The notes under the pieces were generated by a model. That model did no database searches, was not told where the DNA came from, and saw only the letters and a program-made list of their open reading frames with translations. The position numbers and the translations under genes are program-made. 51,136 nt of DNA from Actinomycetota bacterium (GTDB taxonomy: Bacteria; Actinomycetota; Nitriliruptoria; Nitriliruptorales; Nitriliruptoraceae): positions 1 through 51,136 of the forward strand of contig JAHWKB010000001.1 of assembly GCA_019348115.1 (NCBI GenBank), read 5' to 3'. Shown piece by piece: positions 1 to 7,424 of the stretch (position 1 is the stretch's first letter; every line of letters starts with the position of its first letter).

Positions 1-193
1 GGGAGTACCGCAGCCCGAGGAGCGAGCCCAGCGCGAACGCGACCGTCTGCCACACCACGAGCGCGATGCCGACCGGGCCCTGTACGACGAGGGCGATCGC
101 GAGGACGACGGTCGTGACGGCGGCCCCGAAGCGAGGGCCACGGCGGTCGATGATGAGGGCGCCGGTGTCGTCGGTGGGGAGGTCTCTGGCCAT
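1..193 (-). CDS. DUF4395-like integral membrane protein, N-terminal 64 codons only (gene continues beyond window start)
   Basis: Reverse-strand ATG at 191-193 opens a frame still open at base 1, so it is absent from the ORF track: MARDLPTDDTGALIIDRRGPRFGAAVTTVVLAIALVVQGPVGIALVVWQTVAFALGSLLGLRYS. It has strong G/C third-position bias and two hydrophobic helices. The DRRGPRF..AVTTVVL lead-in matches what I remember for DUF4395 proteins. It starts 9 nt after the stop of the DsrH-like gene on the same strand. Confidence 0.55.
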   Translation of the reverse strand, partial: MARDLPTDDTGALIIDRRGPRFGAAVTTVVLAIALVVQGPVGIALVVWQTVAFALGSLLGLRYS

Positions 194-202
194 GGTCGTC
201 GC

Positions 203-589
203 CTAGCTCGTCGTCGCGAGGGTCACGTCGCTGGTGCTGATGAGGGCGGAGAGCTCCTGCTCGGCGACGAGGTCGATGCCGGGGAGGAGCGCACCGGGGT
301 CGAGTCCGCGGGCCGTGAGGTCCTCGGTCACGGCCAGGACGGTCACACCGGAGCCGAGGAGCGCGAGGAGGTCGGTCGCCGGCTCCGAGACGGGGACCTC
401 GACCCCCGCGACGGAGCCCGGCCGGGCGGTGGCGCGCTGGAGTCCGAGCTCGACGCCGGCGTCCTTCAGCACGAGGGTCAGCTCGACGTCCTCGGCGACG
501 GCGTACGCGTTGAGGTCGAGCGCCGGGTCGGCGGCGCGGGCAGCGCCGGCGTCGGCACCGCGGAGGAGGGACAGCACCCGTGTGGGCAT
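203..589 (-). CDS. DsrH/TusB-like (DsrE/F/H superfamily) sulfur-relay protein, no cysteine
   Basis: ORF track, 128 aa. The C-terminal LAVTEDLTARGLDPGALLPGIDLV matches the eDl.aRGl signature of TusB/DsrH and TusC/DsrF proteins. Its ATG shares one base with the stop of the upstream gene (TGATG at 587-591). Confidence 0.6.
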   Translation of the reverse strand: MPTRVLSLLRGADAGAARAADPALDLNAYAVAEDVELTLVLKDAGVELGLQRATARPGSVAGVEVPVSEPATDLLALLGSGVTVLAVTEDLTARGLDPGALLPGIDLVAEQELSALISTSDVTLATTS

Positions 590-945
590 CAGCGCGTCAC
601 CCCCAGCGCGACGTCGGCCTCACGCACGAAGCGCCACAGGTCCCCGGCGTCACCCTCGACCACGCCGGCGACGGGGCGCCCGGTCGTGCAGGCATCGGCG
701 GCGGCGCGGTCCGTGACCCATGACAGGAGCCCACCGTGGAGCCCGCGCCGGAGCAGGGAGGCGACGACAGGTCCCGTCGTGGTGGCGTCGGCACCGACCC
801 GGACGCCGTCGCCGTAGGCGTACACGGCGACGCGGTGGCCGCGGTCGATGGCCTCCTCGGCGAGCCGCAGGGCGGCGATGGTGGCGCCGTCCTCGGGGTC
901 GGTGCCGAGGACGAGCGCGAGCGTCCTGCCGGTGGGGCGGGTCAT
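589..945 (-). CDS. DsrE/TusD-like sulfur-relay protein (only one of the three with a cysteine)
   Basis: Internal ATG at 943-945 (MTRPTGRTLALVLG...) is preceded by GAGGAG with a 6-nt spacer. The upstream part of the 179-aa track ORF is Arg/Pro-rich junk. It shows a DsrE-fold pattern (VAVYAYGDGV). The single Cys in AADACTTGRPV lies where TusD/DsrE carry the persulfide cysteine followed by RG. Confidence 0.65.
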   Translation of the reverse strand: MTRPTGRTLALVLGTDPEDGATIAALRLAEEAIDRGHRVAVYAYGDGVRVGADATTTGPVVASLLRRGLHGGLLSWVTDRAAADACTTGRPVAGVVEGDAGDLWRFVREADVALGVTR

Positions 946-955
946 CGGGGGCTCC

Positions 956-1279
956 TCACAACCAGGCCTGGCGGGCGGACCAGCCGAACAGCAGGTCCAC
1001 GACCTCGGACATCCCCGTGGTCTTGACCCCTTCCCCGACGCGCGGCACGGCGCGGCGCTCGAGCGCGTCCTCCTCGGCCAGCACCTGCACGCCGGCGTGG
1101 AGCGCCTCCTCGAGCACGACCGCGTCACGGTGGCCGGCGCGGGCGAGCACGACGGCGTCCTCGAGGAGCACGAGCACGACCTCGTGTCCCTCGACGGCGA
1201 GGTCGCGGGCGGCCCGGCCCGCGTGCGGGCCGTCGCCGGCGCGGAGCGGGTCGCGGGCGGTCAGGATCACGGTGTTCAT
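956..1279 (-). CDS. DsrE/DsrF-family protein, no cysteine
   Basis: Internal ATG at 1277-1279 (MNTVILTARDPL...) shares one base with the stop of the upstream regulator (TGATG). It encodes a 107-aa DsrE-like small alpha/beta protein (HEVVLVLLEDAVVLA ... VQVLAEEDALERR). The position where family members have Cys is Glu-rich here. Confidence 0.6.
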   Translation of the reverse strand: MNTVILTARDPLRAGDGPHAGRAARDLAVEGHEVVLVLLEDAVVLARAGHRDAVVLEEALHAGVQVLAEEDALERRAVPRVGEGVKTTGMSEVVDLLFGWSARQAWL

Positions 1280-2301
1280 CAGCCCGCCGCCTTCCGGAGG
1301 AGCAGGCGCACGGCCTGCTTGCCCCTGAGGTCCCGGATCCGTGCGACGTCGACGACCTGGTGCCCGGCGCGGTCGGCCCACCGGGCGAACGCCGCCGGTG
1401 CGCCCTGGGTGTCGGTCAGCACCTCGATGTACTCCCCGGGCTTCAGCGGGACGATGGCCCGCATGGTCGCGACGACACCCGCCTGGTAGGTCTGGCCGCG
1501 GGCGTCGACCGAGCGGGCGGGGCTCGGGAGCTCGCCGATCCCGGCCTCGTCCAGCTCGACCTCGACCCGACCACCTCGGCCGGCGACCCGGACCGGCGCA
1601 CCGGCCGCCGCGATCGCGCCCCGCAGGAACCCGCGGGCGAGCGCGTCGCCCACCGCGCCGTCGACCTCGCCGATGAGGCGGAGGCCCACGTCGAAGCCCT
1701 CGACGACGGCGGTGTCCCCGTCCGAGGACGCGACGCGGACCTCGGGGAAGGACGGCCGCAGCGCCTCGACGGCGACCATCGCGGCGGCCTCCAGGTCGCG
1801 GGCGTCGGCGCGGCCCGCGCTGGCCGCGACGAGGCGGCGACCCTGCTCCTCGGCGAGGAGCTCGAGCTTCGCCTCGTGCTCGGACAGGCCCGCGATCAGC
1901 TGCACGACGACGCTCACGCCGAGCTGGCTCCCGGGCGGGACCTGGACGTTGCGTCGGTCGTCGGCCTGCTCGCGGGCGACGTAGACCTTGGCGGGGCGGC
2001 CGCCCCCCGGGTGCTTGCGTCGCCCGGTGACGACGAGCCCGGCCTCGGCGAGGACGTCGAGGTGGTTGCGCGCGACGTTGGGGTGGAGGCCGAACATCTC
2101 GGCGACCTCGCGCGCCGAGTGCGGCTGACCCTCGGTGCGCAGGCGGCGGTAGATGCCGGCGCGGCTCGGGATCGCCAGGGCGCGCTGGACCGCGTCGTCC
2201 GTCGAGGACGCTCTCGGGGCGTCCGTCGAGGACGCTCTCGGGGGCGTGGGCGGGTCCTTGGGAGCGGTGGCGGGCACGGGGCCGGGATCCTGACGGGGCA
2301 T
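1279..2301 (-). CDS. ArsR-type winged-helix transcriptional regulator with C-terminal TusA/SirA-like domain lacking the CPxP cysteine
   Basis: Start chosen at ATG 2299-2301 (MPRQDPGP...). The HTH segment is SRAGIYRRLRTEGQPHSAREVAEMFGLHPNVARNHLDVLAEAGLVVTGRR..GRPAKVY. The last ~75 aa, VDARGQTYQAGVVATMRAIVPLKPGEYIEVLTDTQGAPAAFARWADRAGHQVV, aligns with TusA LDALGLRCPEPVMMVRKTV..QPGETLLIIADD. In that alignment Y-Q-A-G replaces C-P-E-P (Tyr codon 1486-1488). Confidence 0.7.
   Translation of the reverse strand: MPRQDPGPVPATAPKDPPTPPRASSTDAPRASSTDDAVQRALAIPSRAGIYRRLRTEGQPHSAREVAEMFGLHPNVARNHLDVLAEAGLVVTGRRKHPGGGRPAKVYVAREQADDRRNVQVPPGSQLGVSVVVQLIAGLSEHEAKLELLAEEQGRRLVAASAGRADARDLEAAAMVAVEALRPSFPEVRVASSDGDTAVVEGFDVGLRLIGEVDGAVGDALARGFLRGAIAAAGAPVRVAGRGGRVEVELDEAGIGELPSPARSVDARGQTYQAGVVATMRAIVPLKPGEYIEVLTDTQGAPAAFARWADRAGHQVVDVARIRDLRGKQAVRLLLRKAAG
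2197..2244. repeat. 24-bp tandem duplication (2 copies, 23/24 identical), in frame in the regulator N-terminal tail
   Basis: gtccgtcgaggacgctctcggggc at 2197-2220 is followed directly by gtccgtcgaggacgctctcggggg at 2221-2244. This encodes PRASSTDA-PRASSTDD on the reverse strand. Confidence 0.9.
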
Positions 2302-2392
2302 GACGGTCCTGGAGGCCGAGGGTGACGGGCCTGCGCGCGACACGGCCCGGCCGGCAGGGTAAACCGTGCGAACTACGGTGGGAACCGGCGGG

Positions 2393-3076
2393 CTAGGGCG
2401 CGAGGCGCAGGGTGCCCGGGGCGAGGGTCCCGTCGACCACGAGCCGCCCCGCCTGGGTGGTGGCGCCCGTGAACCGGATGTTCGACGGCACGCCCTCGAA
2501 CGCGAGCGTGGTGCCGAACGCGGCGGCGACGGCGTCGCTGGCGCCAGCGCCGAGCTCGCCGGCGTCGACCTCCTGCGCACGCAGGTGCAGCGCCTGTCCG
2601 TCCACCGTCACGTCGGCGGTCACCCGGACGGCGGCCCCCTGCACCTGCCCCTCGGCCACCACGCCGTCGGGGGTCACGCGGACGCTCCAGCCGGGCCGCT
2701 GGGCGCGGACGAGCCGCTCGACCTCGCGCTCGTGGATCGCGAGCGACAGCGAGCCGCCGGCGAGCTCGACGGCGTCCATGCCGGTCGGCGGGGGGAACCC
2801 GACGGCCAGCCCCTGGAGCGTGGCCCGCAGCTCCGACACCCGGATCGCCGGGTCGCCGACGACACCGTCCGAGACGACGACGTCCACCTCGTCGATGGAC
2901 CCGCCGAGGAGCTGGGGCAGGACGGCCCAGCCGCGCACGTCGGCGTCGCTCTCGGCTGCCGCGAAGGCGCTCAGCGCCGACCGCTCGACCTCGGCGGCGA
3001 CGCGGGCGCGGAGGTACTGGTCGACACCGACGAGGACGAGCAGCAGGAGCGCGAGGACGAGCAGGGGGCGGCGCAC
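2393..3076 (-). CDS. DUF2993 / LmeA-like membrane-anchored protein
   Basis: ORF track, 227 aa. It has an N-terminal signal/anchor (MRRPLLVLALLLLVLVGVDQY). The remainder is a beta-rich repetitive region typical of DUF2993 proteins. Codon bias is good. Confidence 0.6.
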   Translation of the reverse strand: MRRPLLVLALLLLVLVGVDQYLRARVAAEVERSALSAFAAAESDADVRGWAVLPQLLGGSIDEVDVVVSDGVVGDPAIRVSELRATLQGLAVGFPPPTGMDAVELAGGSLSLAIHEREVERLVRAQRPGWSVRVTPDGVVAEGQVQGAAVRVTADVTVDGQALHLRAQEVDAGELGAGASDAVAAAFGTTLAFEGVPSNIRFTGATTQAGRLVVDGTLAPGTLRLAP

Positions 3077-3114
3077 GGACGTCCTCGGTCGAGCGGGTGT
3101 CGGGCGGCGCGAGC

Positions 3115-3360
3115 CTACGCCCCCCCGCTGAAGGGCGGCAGCAGCGCCACCTCCGACGCCGGCGAGAGGGCGCGGCGCTCCGCCCGGTCGACCGGCTCGC
3201 CGTCCACGATCACCGTGGCGACCTCGAGCCGGGAGGTGAACGGCTCACCGAAGCGTCCACGGAGCTCGTCGAGCAGGGTCGGCACGTCCGGGGCGTCCGA
3301 GGTGAGCCGGCCGGTGCCGGCCGCGTCCCGGAGCGCGGCGAAGAGCCGCACCTGGCTCAC
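3115..3360 (-). CDS. MoaD/ThiS-family sulfur-carrier protein ending GG-Ala
   Basis: GTG at 3358-3360 overlaps the stop of the upstream hydrolase (GTGA). The 81-aa product is VSQVRLFAALRDAAG...DGEPVDRAERRALSPASEVALLPPFSGGA. It aligns with the E. coli MoaD C-terminus (..GDEVAFFPPVTGG) but carries one extra residue after the di-glycine. Confidence 0.75.
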   Translation of the reverse strand: MSQVRLFAALRDAAGTGRLTSDAPDVPTLLDELRGRFGEPFTSRLEVATVIVDGEPVDRAERRALSPASEVALLPPFSGGA

Positions 3361-4247
3361 GACGCGGCCTCGCGCTGGTCCGGGAACCGGCCGGTGGCAC
3401 GGACCTCGAGGAGCGCCCCCGCGAGCGCATCGACGAACACCGGCGTGATGCCGTCCTCGGCGTGGCCGAAGCCCGCGGGCTCGATCCAGAGCGTGGCCGG
3501 TCCTGCGGCGCGGGCGGCGATGGCCTCGGCGTCCTCGACCGGGAAGTAGGCGTCGTCCACCCCGTGCACGACGAGCAGGGGCGCCGCGACGGCGGCGGCG
3601 AGCTCCTCGGGGTGGCCGGGCGACTCCCACGCAGCCGGCGGCACGATGCGGACGCGCAGGAGGGCCCGCAGCCCGTGCCGCTTCCAGGGGGTGTGCCACA
3701 CGGACGCCAGCCGCTGCATCGGTGCCGTCTCGGCCGGCATCCGGAAGCGGGCGGTCGCGGAGACCACGACCAGGGCGTCCGCGGGGGTGCCCCGGGCGCC
3801 GGCGTGGAGCACGCTCGTCGCGCCCATCGACAGCCCCACCGCAGCGACCCACGGATGGCCGTAGGCGCGCAGCCACGCGCAGCCGGCGGCGACGTCGAGG
3901 GCCTCCCGGTCCCCCAGCGTCGACACGCCACCGGAGCGGCCGTGCCCGCGGAGGTCGAGGCTCAGCACGCTCATGCGCTGGGCGAGCCCGTCGGCGAGGT
4001 AGGCGTACGCGGGCTTGCGCCGGTTCGCGGCGAAGCCGTGGGCGAGTACGACGGCCGGGCCGTGGGCGCCTCCCGGTCCGGGGAGGTAGGTGGCGGCGAG
4101 CCGCGTGCCGTCCTCGGTGACGAGGCGGGTCTCCACGTGGGGGGCGAGGTGGCCGCCGACGTGGCCGCGGGCCTCGAGGAACCGCCGCACGGGCCCGCGC
4201 GGACGCCGGCCGGGAGCGGGGCGCGCGGGATGGGCGTCTCGGTTCAC
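3357..4247 (-). CDS. alpha/beta hydrolase
   Basis: This is the C-terminal ~296 codons of the 500-aa track ORF. Motifs are HG oxyanion (VVLAHGFAANRRK), nucleophile elbow (GLSMGA), and an acid/His region (VVHGVDDAYF ... GFGHAE). Start is tentatively GTG 4245-4247. The upstream part of the ORF is antisense to glnR. Confidence 0.75.
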   Translation of the reverse strand: MNRDAHPARPAPGRRPRGPVRRFLEARGHVGGHLAPHVETRLVTEDGTRLAATYLPGPGGAHGPAVVLAHGFAANRRKPAYAYLADGLAQRMSVLSLDLRGHGRSGGVSTLGDREALDVAAGCAWLRAYGHPWVAAVGLSMGATSVLHAGARGTPADALVVVSATARFRMPAETAPMQRLASVWHTPWKRHGLRALLRVRIVPPAAWESPGHPEELAAAVAAPLLVVHGVDDAYFPVEDAEAIAARAAGPATLWIEPAGFGHAEDGITPVFVDALAGALLEVRATGRFPDQREAAS

Positions 4248-4289
4248 GGTCTGGCATCCTGCCACAGGGCACGTGGCGAGGAGACCGGC

Positions 4290-4979
4290 ATGCACCTCCT
4301 GGTGCTCACCGATCGGCCCGGTGGCGGCAAGTCGCTGCTCCCCTCCCTCGAGTACCTGGACCACACGGTCCAGGACGCCCCGCTCGATGCGAGCTCGCTC
4401 GGTGGCCTCTCCGGCTGCGACGTCGTGGTCGTCGACGCCACCGGCGACCTGCGCGAGGCCGCGGGGGCCTGCCGGAGCGCGTCCCTGCACGAGCTGGCAC
4501 GGCCGACGCTCGTCGTGATGTCGGAGGGCGGCCTCGCCGCGCTCAAGGCGAGCTGGGGCTTCGACGAGTGGCTCCTCCCCCAGGCGTCGCCGGCGGAGCT
4601 CGAGACGCGCCTGCGGATCATCGGCGACCGCGCGGCCGCCCAGCGGCCCCAGCGGGCCGCGAACGTGGGCGACCTGGTCGTGGACGAGGACAGCTACCAG
4701 GTGCGGCTGCGTGGGGTGCCGCTCGACCTCACCTACAAGGAGTTCGAGCTCCTGAAGACCCTCGCCGGCTCGCCCAACCGCGTCTTCACGCGCGAGCTGC
4801 TGCTCCAGGAGGTGTGGGGCTACGACTACTTCGGCGGCGCGCGCACCGTCGACGTGCACATCCGGCGCGTCCGCGCCAAGCTCGGGCCCGAGTACGAGTC
4901 GATGATCGGGACGGTCCGCGGGGTCGGCTACAAGCTCGTGCCCCCCGGGACCCGCCGGCGGTCCGACGGGGACGACTGA
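4290..4979 (+). CDS. glnR: GlnR-type orphan OmpR-family response regulator (global nitrogen regulator)
   Basis: ATG at 4290 (MHLLVLTDRPGGGKSLLPSLEYLDHTV...). The C-terminal OmpR wHTH is LDLTYKEFELLKTLAGSPNRVFTRELLLQEVWGYDYFGGARTVDVHIRRVRAKLGPEYESMIGTVRGVGYK. This is nearly colinear with actinomycete GlnR as I remember it. It lies adjacent to mshD, as in M. tuberculosis. Confidence 0.8.
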   Translation: MHLLVLTDRPGGGKSLLPSLEYLDHTVQDAPLDASSLGGLSGCDVVVVDATGDLREAAGACRSASLHELARPTLVVMSEGGLAALKASWGFDEWLLPQASPAELETRLRIIGDRAAAQRPQRAANVGDLVVDEDSYQVRLRGVPLDLTYKEFELLKTLAGSPNRVFTRELLLQEVWGYDYFGGARTVDVHIRRVRAKLGPEYESMIGTVRGVGYKLVPPGTRRRSDGDD

Positions 4980-4989
4980 GGAGCGGGGA

Positions 4990-5964
4990 TCAGCCGCGCG
5001 GCGTGCCGCGGAGCGTGCGGCCGAGGGCGACGTCCTCCCACCGGGTCTGGAACCCGTGGGCGGCGTAGAGGCGCACTGCCTGCTCGTTCGCGAGGTCGAC
5101 CCAGAGGAGGCACTCCCCGAGCCCCTCGGCGGCGAGGTGGGCGAGACCGGCCGTCAGCAGCACCGCTCCGAGCCCGCCCCCCTGCGCGTCGGGCGCGATC
5201 GCGAGGTTGTAGACCTCCCCGACCCCGGACCCCCGCCGCTTGAGCCAGTGGAGGCCGCGGAGGTCGCCGTCGCCGGCGTCGGCGACGAGGAGATCCTCGG
5301 CGCGGAACCAGTCGTAGGCGCGTCGCTCGCGGAAACGCTCGAGCGTCCATCCGCCGTCGGGCGTGCCGGCGTACGCCGACGCCAGGACGCCGACGACGGC
5401 GTCGTCGTCGATGTCCGGTCGGTACGCGCGGACCTCGATCCCGGCGGGCGGTCCGACCGGCTCCACCCCCTCGAGCCGGCGGCCGAGCACGCCGAGCCGG
5501 CGCTCGATGCCGAAGCCCTCGCCGGCGGCGCAGGCCACGTCGGGCGCCGTCGCCCGTCGGATCCACACGACGAGCCCGGCGGCACCGTGCCGCCGGGCCA
5601 ACCCCTCGAGGCCGGCGAGGAGGGCCGAGAGGACGGGACCGGCCGGCGGTCGGTCCCGCGCCACCGCGAGGTCCCCCGTGGCCACCCCGCCCCGGGCCGT
5701 GGGCAGGAGGACACCGGCGTAGCCCACCGTCTGGTCGCCACGGCGTGCGAGCACGGAGTGCCAGTGGGACGCCCGCTCCTCGCACCGGAGCGCGAGCCTC
5801 TCGAGCCGGGCGCGCTCGGCCTCGTCGACGAGGGGGGCGGCGGCCAGTGCCTCCGCCTCGTCGAGGAGCGCGAGGGCGTCGTCGACGCCCTCGGCACCGG
5901 CGAGCACGCGGACCACGACGTCGTCGCGTGCCGCGATCACGTCGGCGTGGTCGGTCGGTCCCAT
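4990..5964 (-). CDS. mshD: mycothiol synthase (tandem GNAT acetyltransferase)
   Basis: Start chosen at ATG 5962-5964 (MGPTDHADV...). It has two GNAT halves. The second carries GEVYNLAIAPDAQGGGLGAVLLTAGLAHL and LLWVDLANEQAVRLYAAHGF. Size (~324 aa) and the glnR neighbourhood fit MshD. Confidence 0.8.
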   Translation of the reverse strand: MGPTDHADVIAARDDVVVRVLAGAEGVDDALALLDEAEALAAAPLVDEAERARLERLALRCEERASHWHSVLARRGDQTVGYAGVLLPTARGGVATGDLAVARDRPPAGPVLSALLAGLEGLARRHGAAGLVVWIRRATAPDVACAAGEGFGIERRLGVLGRRLEGVEPVGPPAGIEVRAYRPDIDDDAVVGVLASAYAGTPDGGWTLERFRERRAYDWFRAEDLLVADAGDGDLRGLHWLKRRGSGVGEVYNLAIAPDAQGGGLGAVLLTAGLAHLAAEGLGECLLWVDLANEQAVRLYAAHGFQTRWEDVALGRTLRGTPRG

Positions 5965-6070
5965 CTGCCCTCCGTTCGGGCGCGAGAGTAGGCTCTGCGG
6001 TCCGGTTGGCACCCGACGAGGCGTGTGGTTACCATTCCGCCGCGCTGCTCGGTGGGGGCGCTGTCAGCCT

Positions 6071-6146
6071 GGGCCGCTAGCTCAACTGGCAGAGCATCGG
6101 ACTTTTAATCCGCTGGTTGCAGGTTCGAGTCCTGCGCGGCCCACCA
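6071..6146 (+). tRNA. tRNA-Lys (anticodon TTT), CCA encoded
   Basis: The cloverleaf folds by hand. Acceptor is gggccgc/gcggccc. D arm is gctc..gagc. The anticodon loop cTTTTaa gives TTT. T arm is gcagg-ttcgagt-cctgc. Discriminator is A, then cca. Confidence 0.9.
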
Positions 6147-6160
6147 CCGATCATCCACGA

Positions 6161-6235
6161 GGACCTGTGGAGCAGTTTGGAGTGCTCGCCACCCTGTCAA
6201 GGTGGAGGCCGCGGGTTCAAATCCCGTCAGGTCCG
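6161..6235 (+). tRNA. tRNA-Asp (anticodon GTC)
   Basis: Acceptor is ggacctg/caggtcc. Anticodon stem is ccacc/ggtgg with loop ctGTCaa. T arm is gcggg-ttcaaat-cccgt. No CCA is encoded. Confidence 0.9.
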
Positions 6236-6291
6236 CTCGGCCGGCTCACGCCGGCCGTTCGCTTTCCCGGACGCACCTGCCGGGGACGCGG

Positions 6292-6364
6292 GGTCAGGTA
6301 GCTCAGTTGGTAGAGCACACGACTGAAAATCGTGGTGTCGGCGGTTCGACCCCGCCCCTGACCA
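6292..6364 (+). tRNA. tRNA-Phe (anticodon GAA)
   Basis: Acceptor is ggtcagg/cctgacc. D arm is gctc..gagc. Anticodon stem is cacga/tcgtg with loop ctGAAaa. T arm is ggcgg-ttcgacc-ccgcc. Confidence 0.9.
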
Positions 6365-6370
6365 CCGAAC

Positions 6371-6404
6371 CGAGGAGGCCGCGCCCGAGGGTGCGGCCTC
6401 CTCG
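6371..6404. terminator. 12-bp perfect stem-loop between the tRNA cluster (+) and tdk (-), candidate bidirectional terminator
   Basis: cgaggaggccgc (6371-6382) pairs with gcggcctcctcg (6393-6404) around a 10-nt loop. It lies between the convergent tRNA-Phe 3' end and the tdk stop. There is no strong U tract, which is common in high-GC actinobacteria. Confidence 0.6.
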
Positions 6405-6416
6405 CGTTCCCGGTCG

Positions 6417-7040
6417 TCACCGGGACGACAGCTCGGGGAGCCGGTCGGCGACGGCCCGGGTGATGCCCTCCCGGTGGTGGCGACGGCACAGGACCTCGTA
6501 GGCGCTCTCGCCGCCCGCGACGTCGCCGACCACGACCTGGTCCCCGGAGCGGACGATCACGCCGTCCGCCGTGCGGGCGTTCTGGGTGCCGCGCGCGCCG
6601 CACCAGCACAGCGCCTCCACCTGCATCTCCGCGCGGTGGTCGGCGAGCTCGAGGAGCCGCCGCGAGCCGGGGAAGAGGTGGGTCGCGAAGTCGGCGAGGA
6701 GCCCGAACGCCTGCACGTCCACGTCGAGCTCGTCGACGATGCGGGCGAGCTGCTCGACCTGCGCCGGCGTGTAGAACTGGGCCTCGTCGCAGATGAGCTC
6801 GTCCACGACCTCGCCACGGCCGATGCGGTCGCGGACGTGGACCCAGAAGTCGAACGACGGGTCGACCGTCGTCGCCGCCTGCGACAGCCCGATGCGGCTC
6901 GAGATCCGTCCGACCTCGCGGTCGTGCATGGTGAACAGCCACACGCGCTTGCCGGAGGCGACGTGGTTGTGGTGGAGCTGGAGCGCCAGGGTCGACTTCC
7001 CGCAGTTCATCGTGCCGTAGAAGAAGGTGAGCTCGGCCAT
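6417..7040 (-). CDS. tdk: thymidine kinase
   Basis: This is the last 207 codons of the 759-aa track ORF: MAELTFFYGTMNCGKSTLALQL (P-loop) ... DEAQF ... a zinc-ribbon-like CWCG ... CRRHH. The upstream 550 codons of that ORF are compositional junk overlapping the LuxR gene in another frame. Confidence 0.9.
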   Translation of the reverse strand: MAELTFFYGTMNCGKSTLALQLHHNHVASGKRVWLFTMHDREVGRISSRIGLSQAATTVDPSFDFWVHVRDRIGRGEVVDELICDEAQFYTPAQVEQLARIVDELDVDVQAFGLLADFATHLFPGSRRLLELADHRAEMQVEALCWCGARGTQNARTADGVIVRSGDQVVVGDVAGGESAYEVLCRRHHREGITRAVADRLPELSSR

Positions 7041-7118
7041 CCGGGATCCCTCCGGTCGCGTCCCCGGCGATGTGTACCGCACGGCGGGTACGGTCGACGG
7101 GAGGCACGAGGAGGAGCG

Positions 7119-7424
7119 GTGGAGGACGGCACGCGAGCCCGGCTCGAGCAGGTGCTCGACGGCTACTTCGACCTCCGCACGTCGACCATGGTCGAGCGTG
7201 TCCTCGGGACGGCGACACCGGCCCAGCTGGCCGACCCCGACGAGCTCGACCGGCTCTACGAGGCGTTCGTGTCCCTGCTCGAGGACCGCTACGACCGCGC
7301 CGACCCGGGCTGGCGGGCCGGTGCGGAGGCGCTGCTGGCGGCCGAGTGGGACCGGCAGGTGGAGGCGGCTCGCGCCTTCGACCGGGAGCTCGAGCGGTCC
7401 CTGGACGAGCCCGGATCGGCCTAG
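7119..7424 (+). CDS. small acidic helical hypothetical protein (101 aa)
   Basis: GTG at 7119 is preceded by GGAGGAG with a 2-3 nt spacer. Third-position GC is very high through to the stop. The product is VEDGTRARLEQVLDGYFDLRTSTMVERVLGTATPAQLADPDELDRLYEAFVSLLEDRYDRADPGWRAGAEALLAAEWDRQVEAARAFDRELERSLDEPGSA. Its TAG stop and the convergent LuxR gene's TAG stop share the palindrome CTAG (7421-7424). Confidence 0.55.
   Translation: MEDGTRARLEQVLDGYFDLRTSTMVERVLGTATPAQLADPDELDRLYEAFVSLLEDRYDRADPGWRAGAEALLAAEWDRQVEAARAFDRELERSLDEPGSA

Noticed and set aside
4290-4979. The GlnR-like regulator as a pseudo-receiver oddity.
   Set aside because: An atypical, kinase-less receiver domain is the known normal state for actinobacterial GlnR, so it is not unusual for this family.
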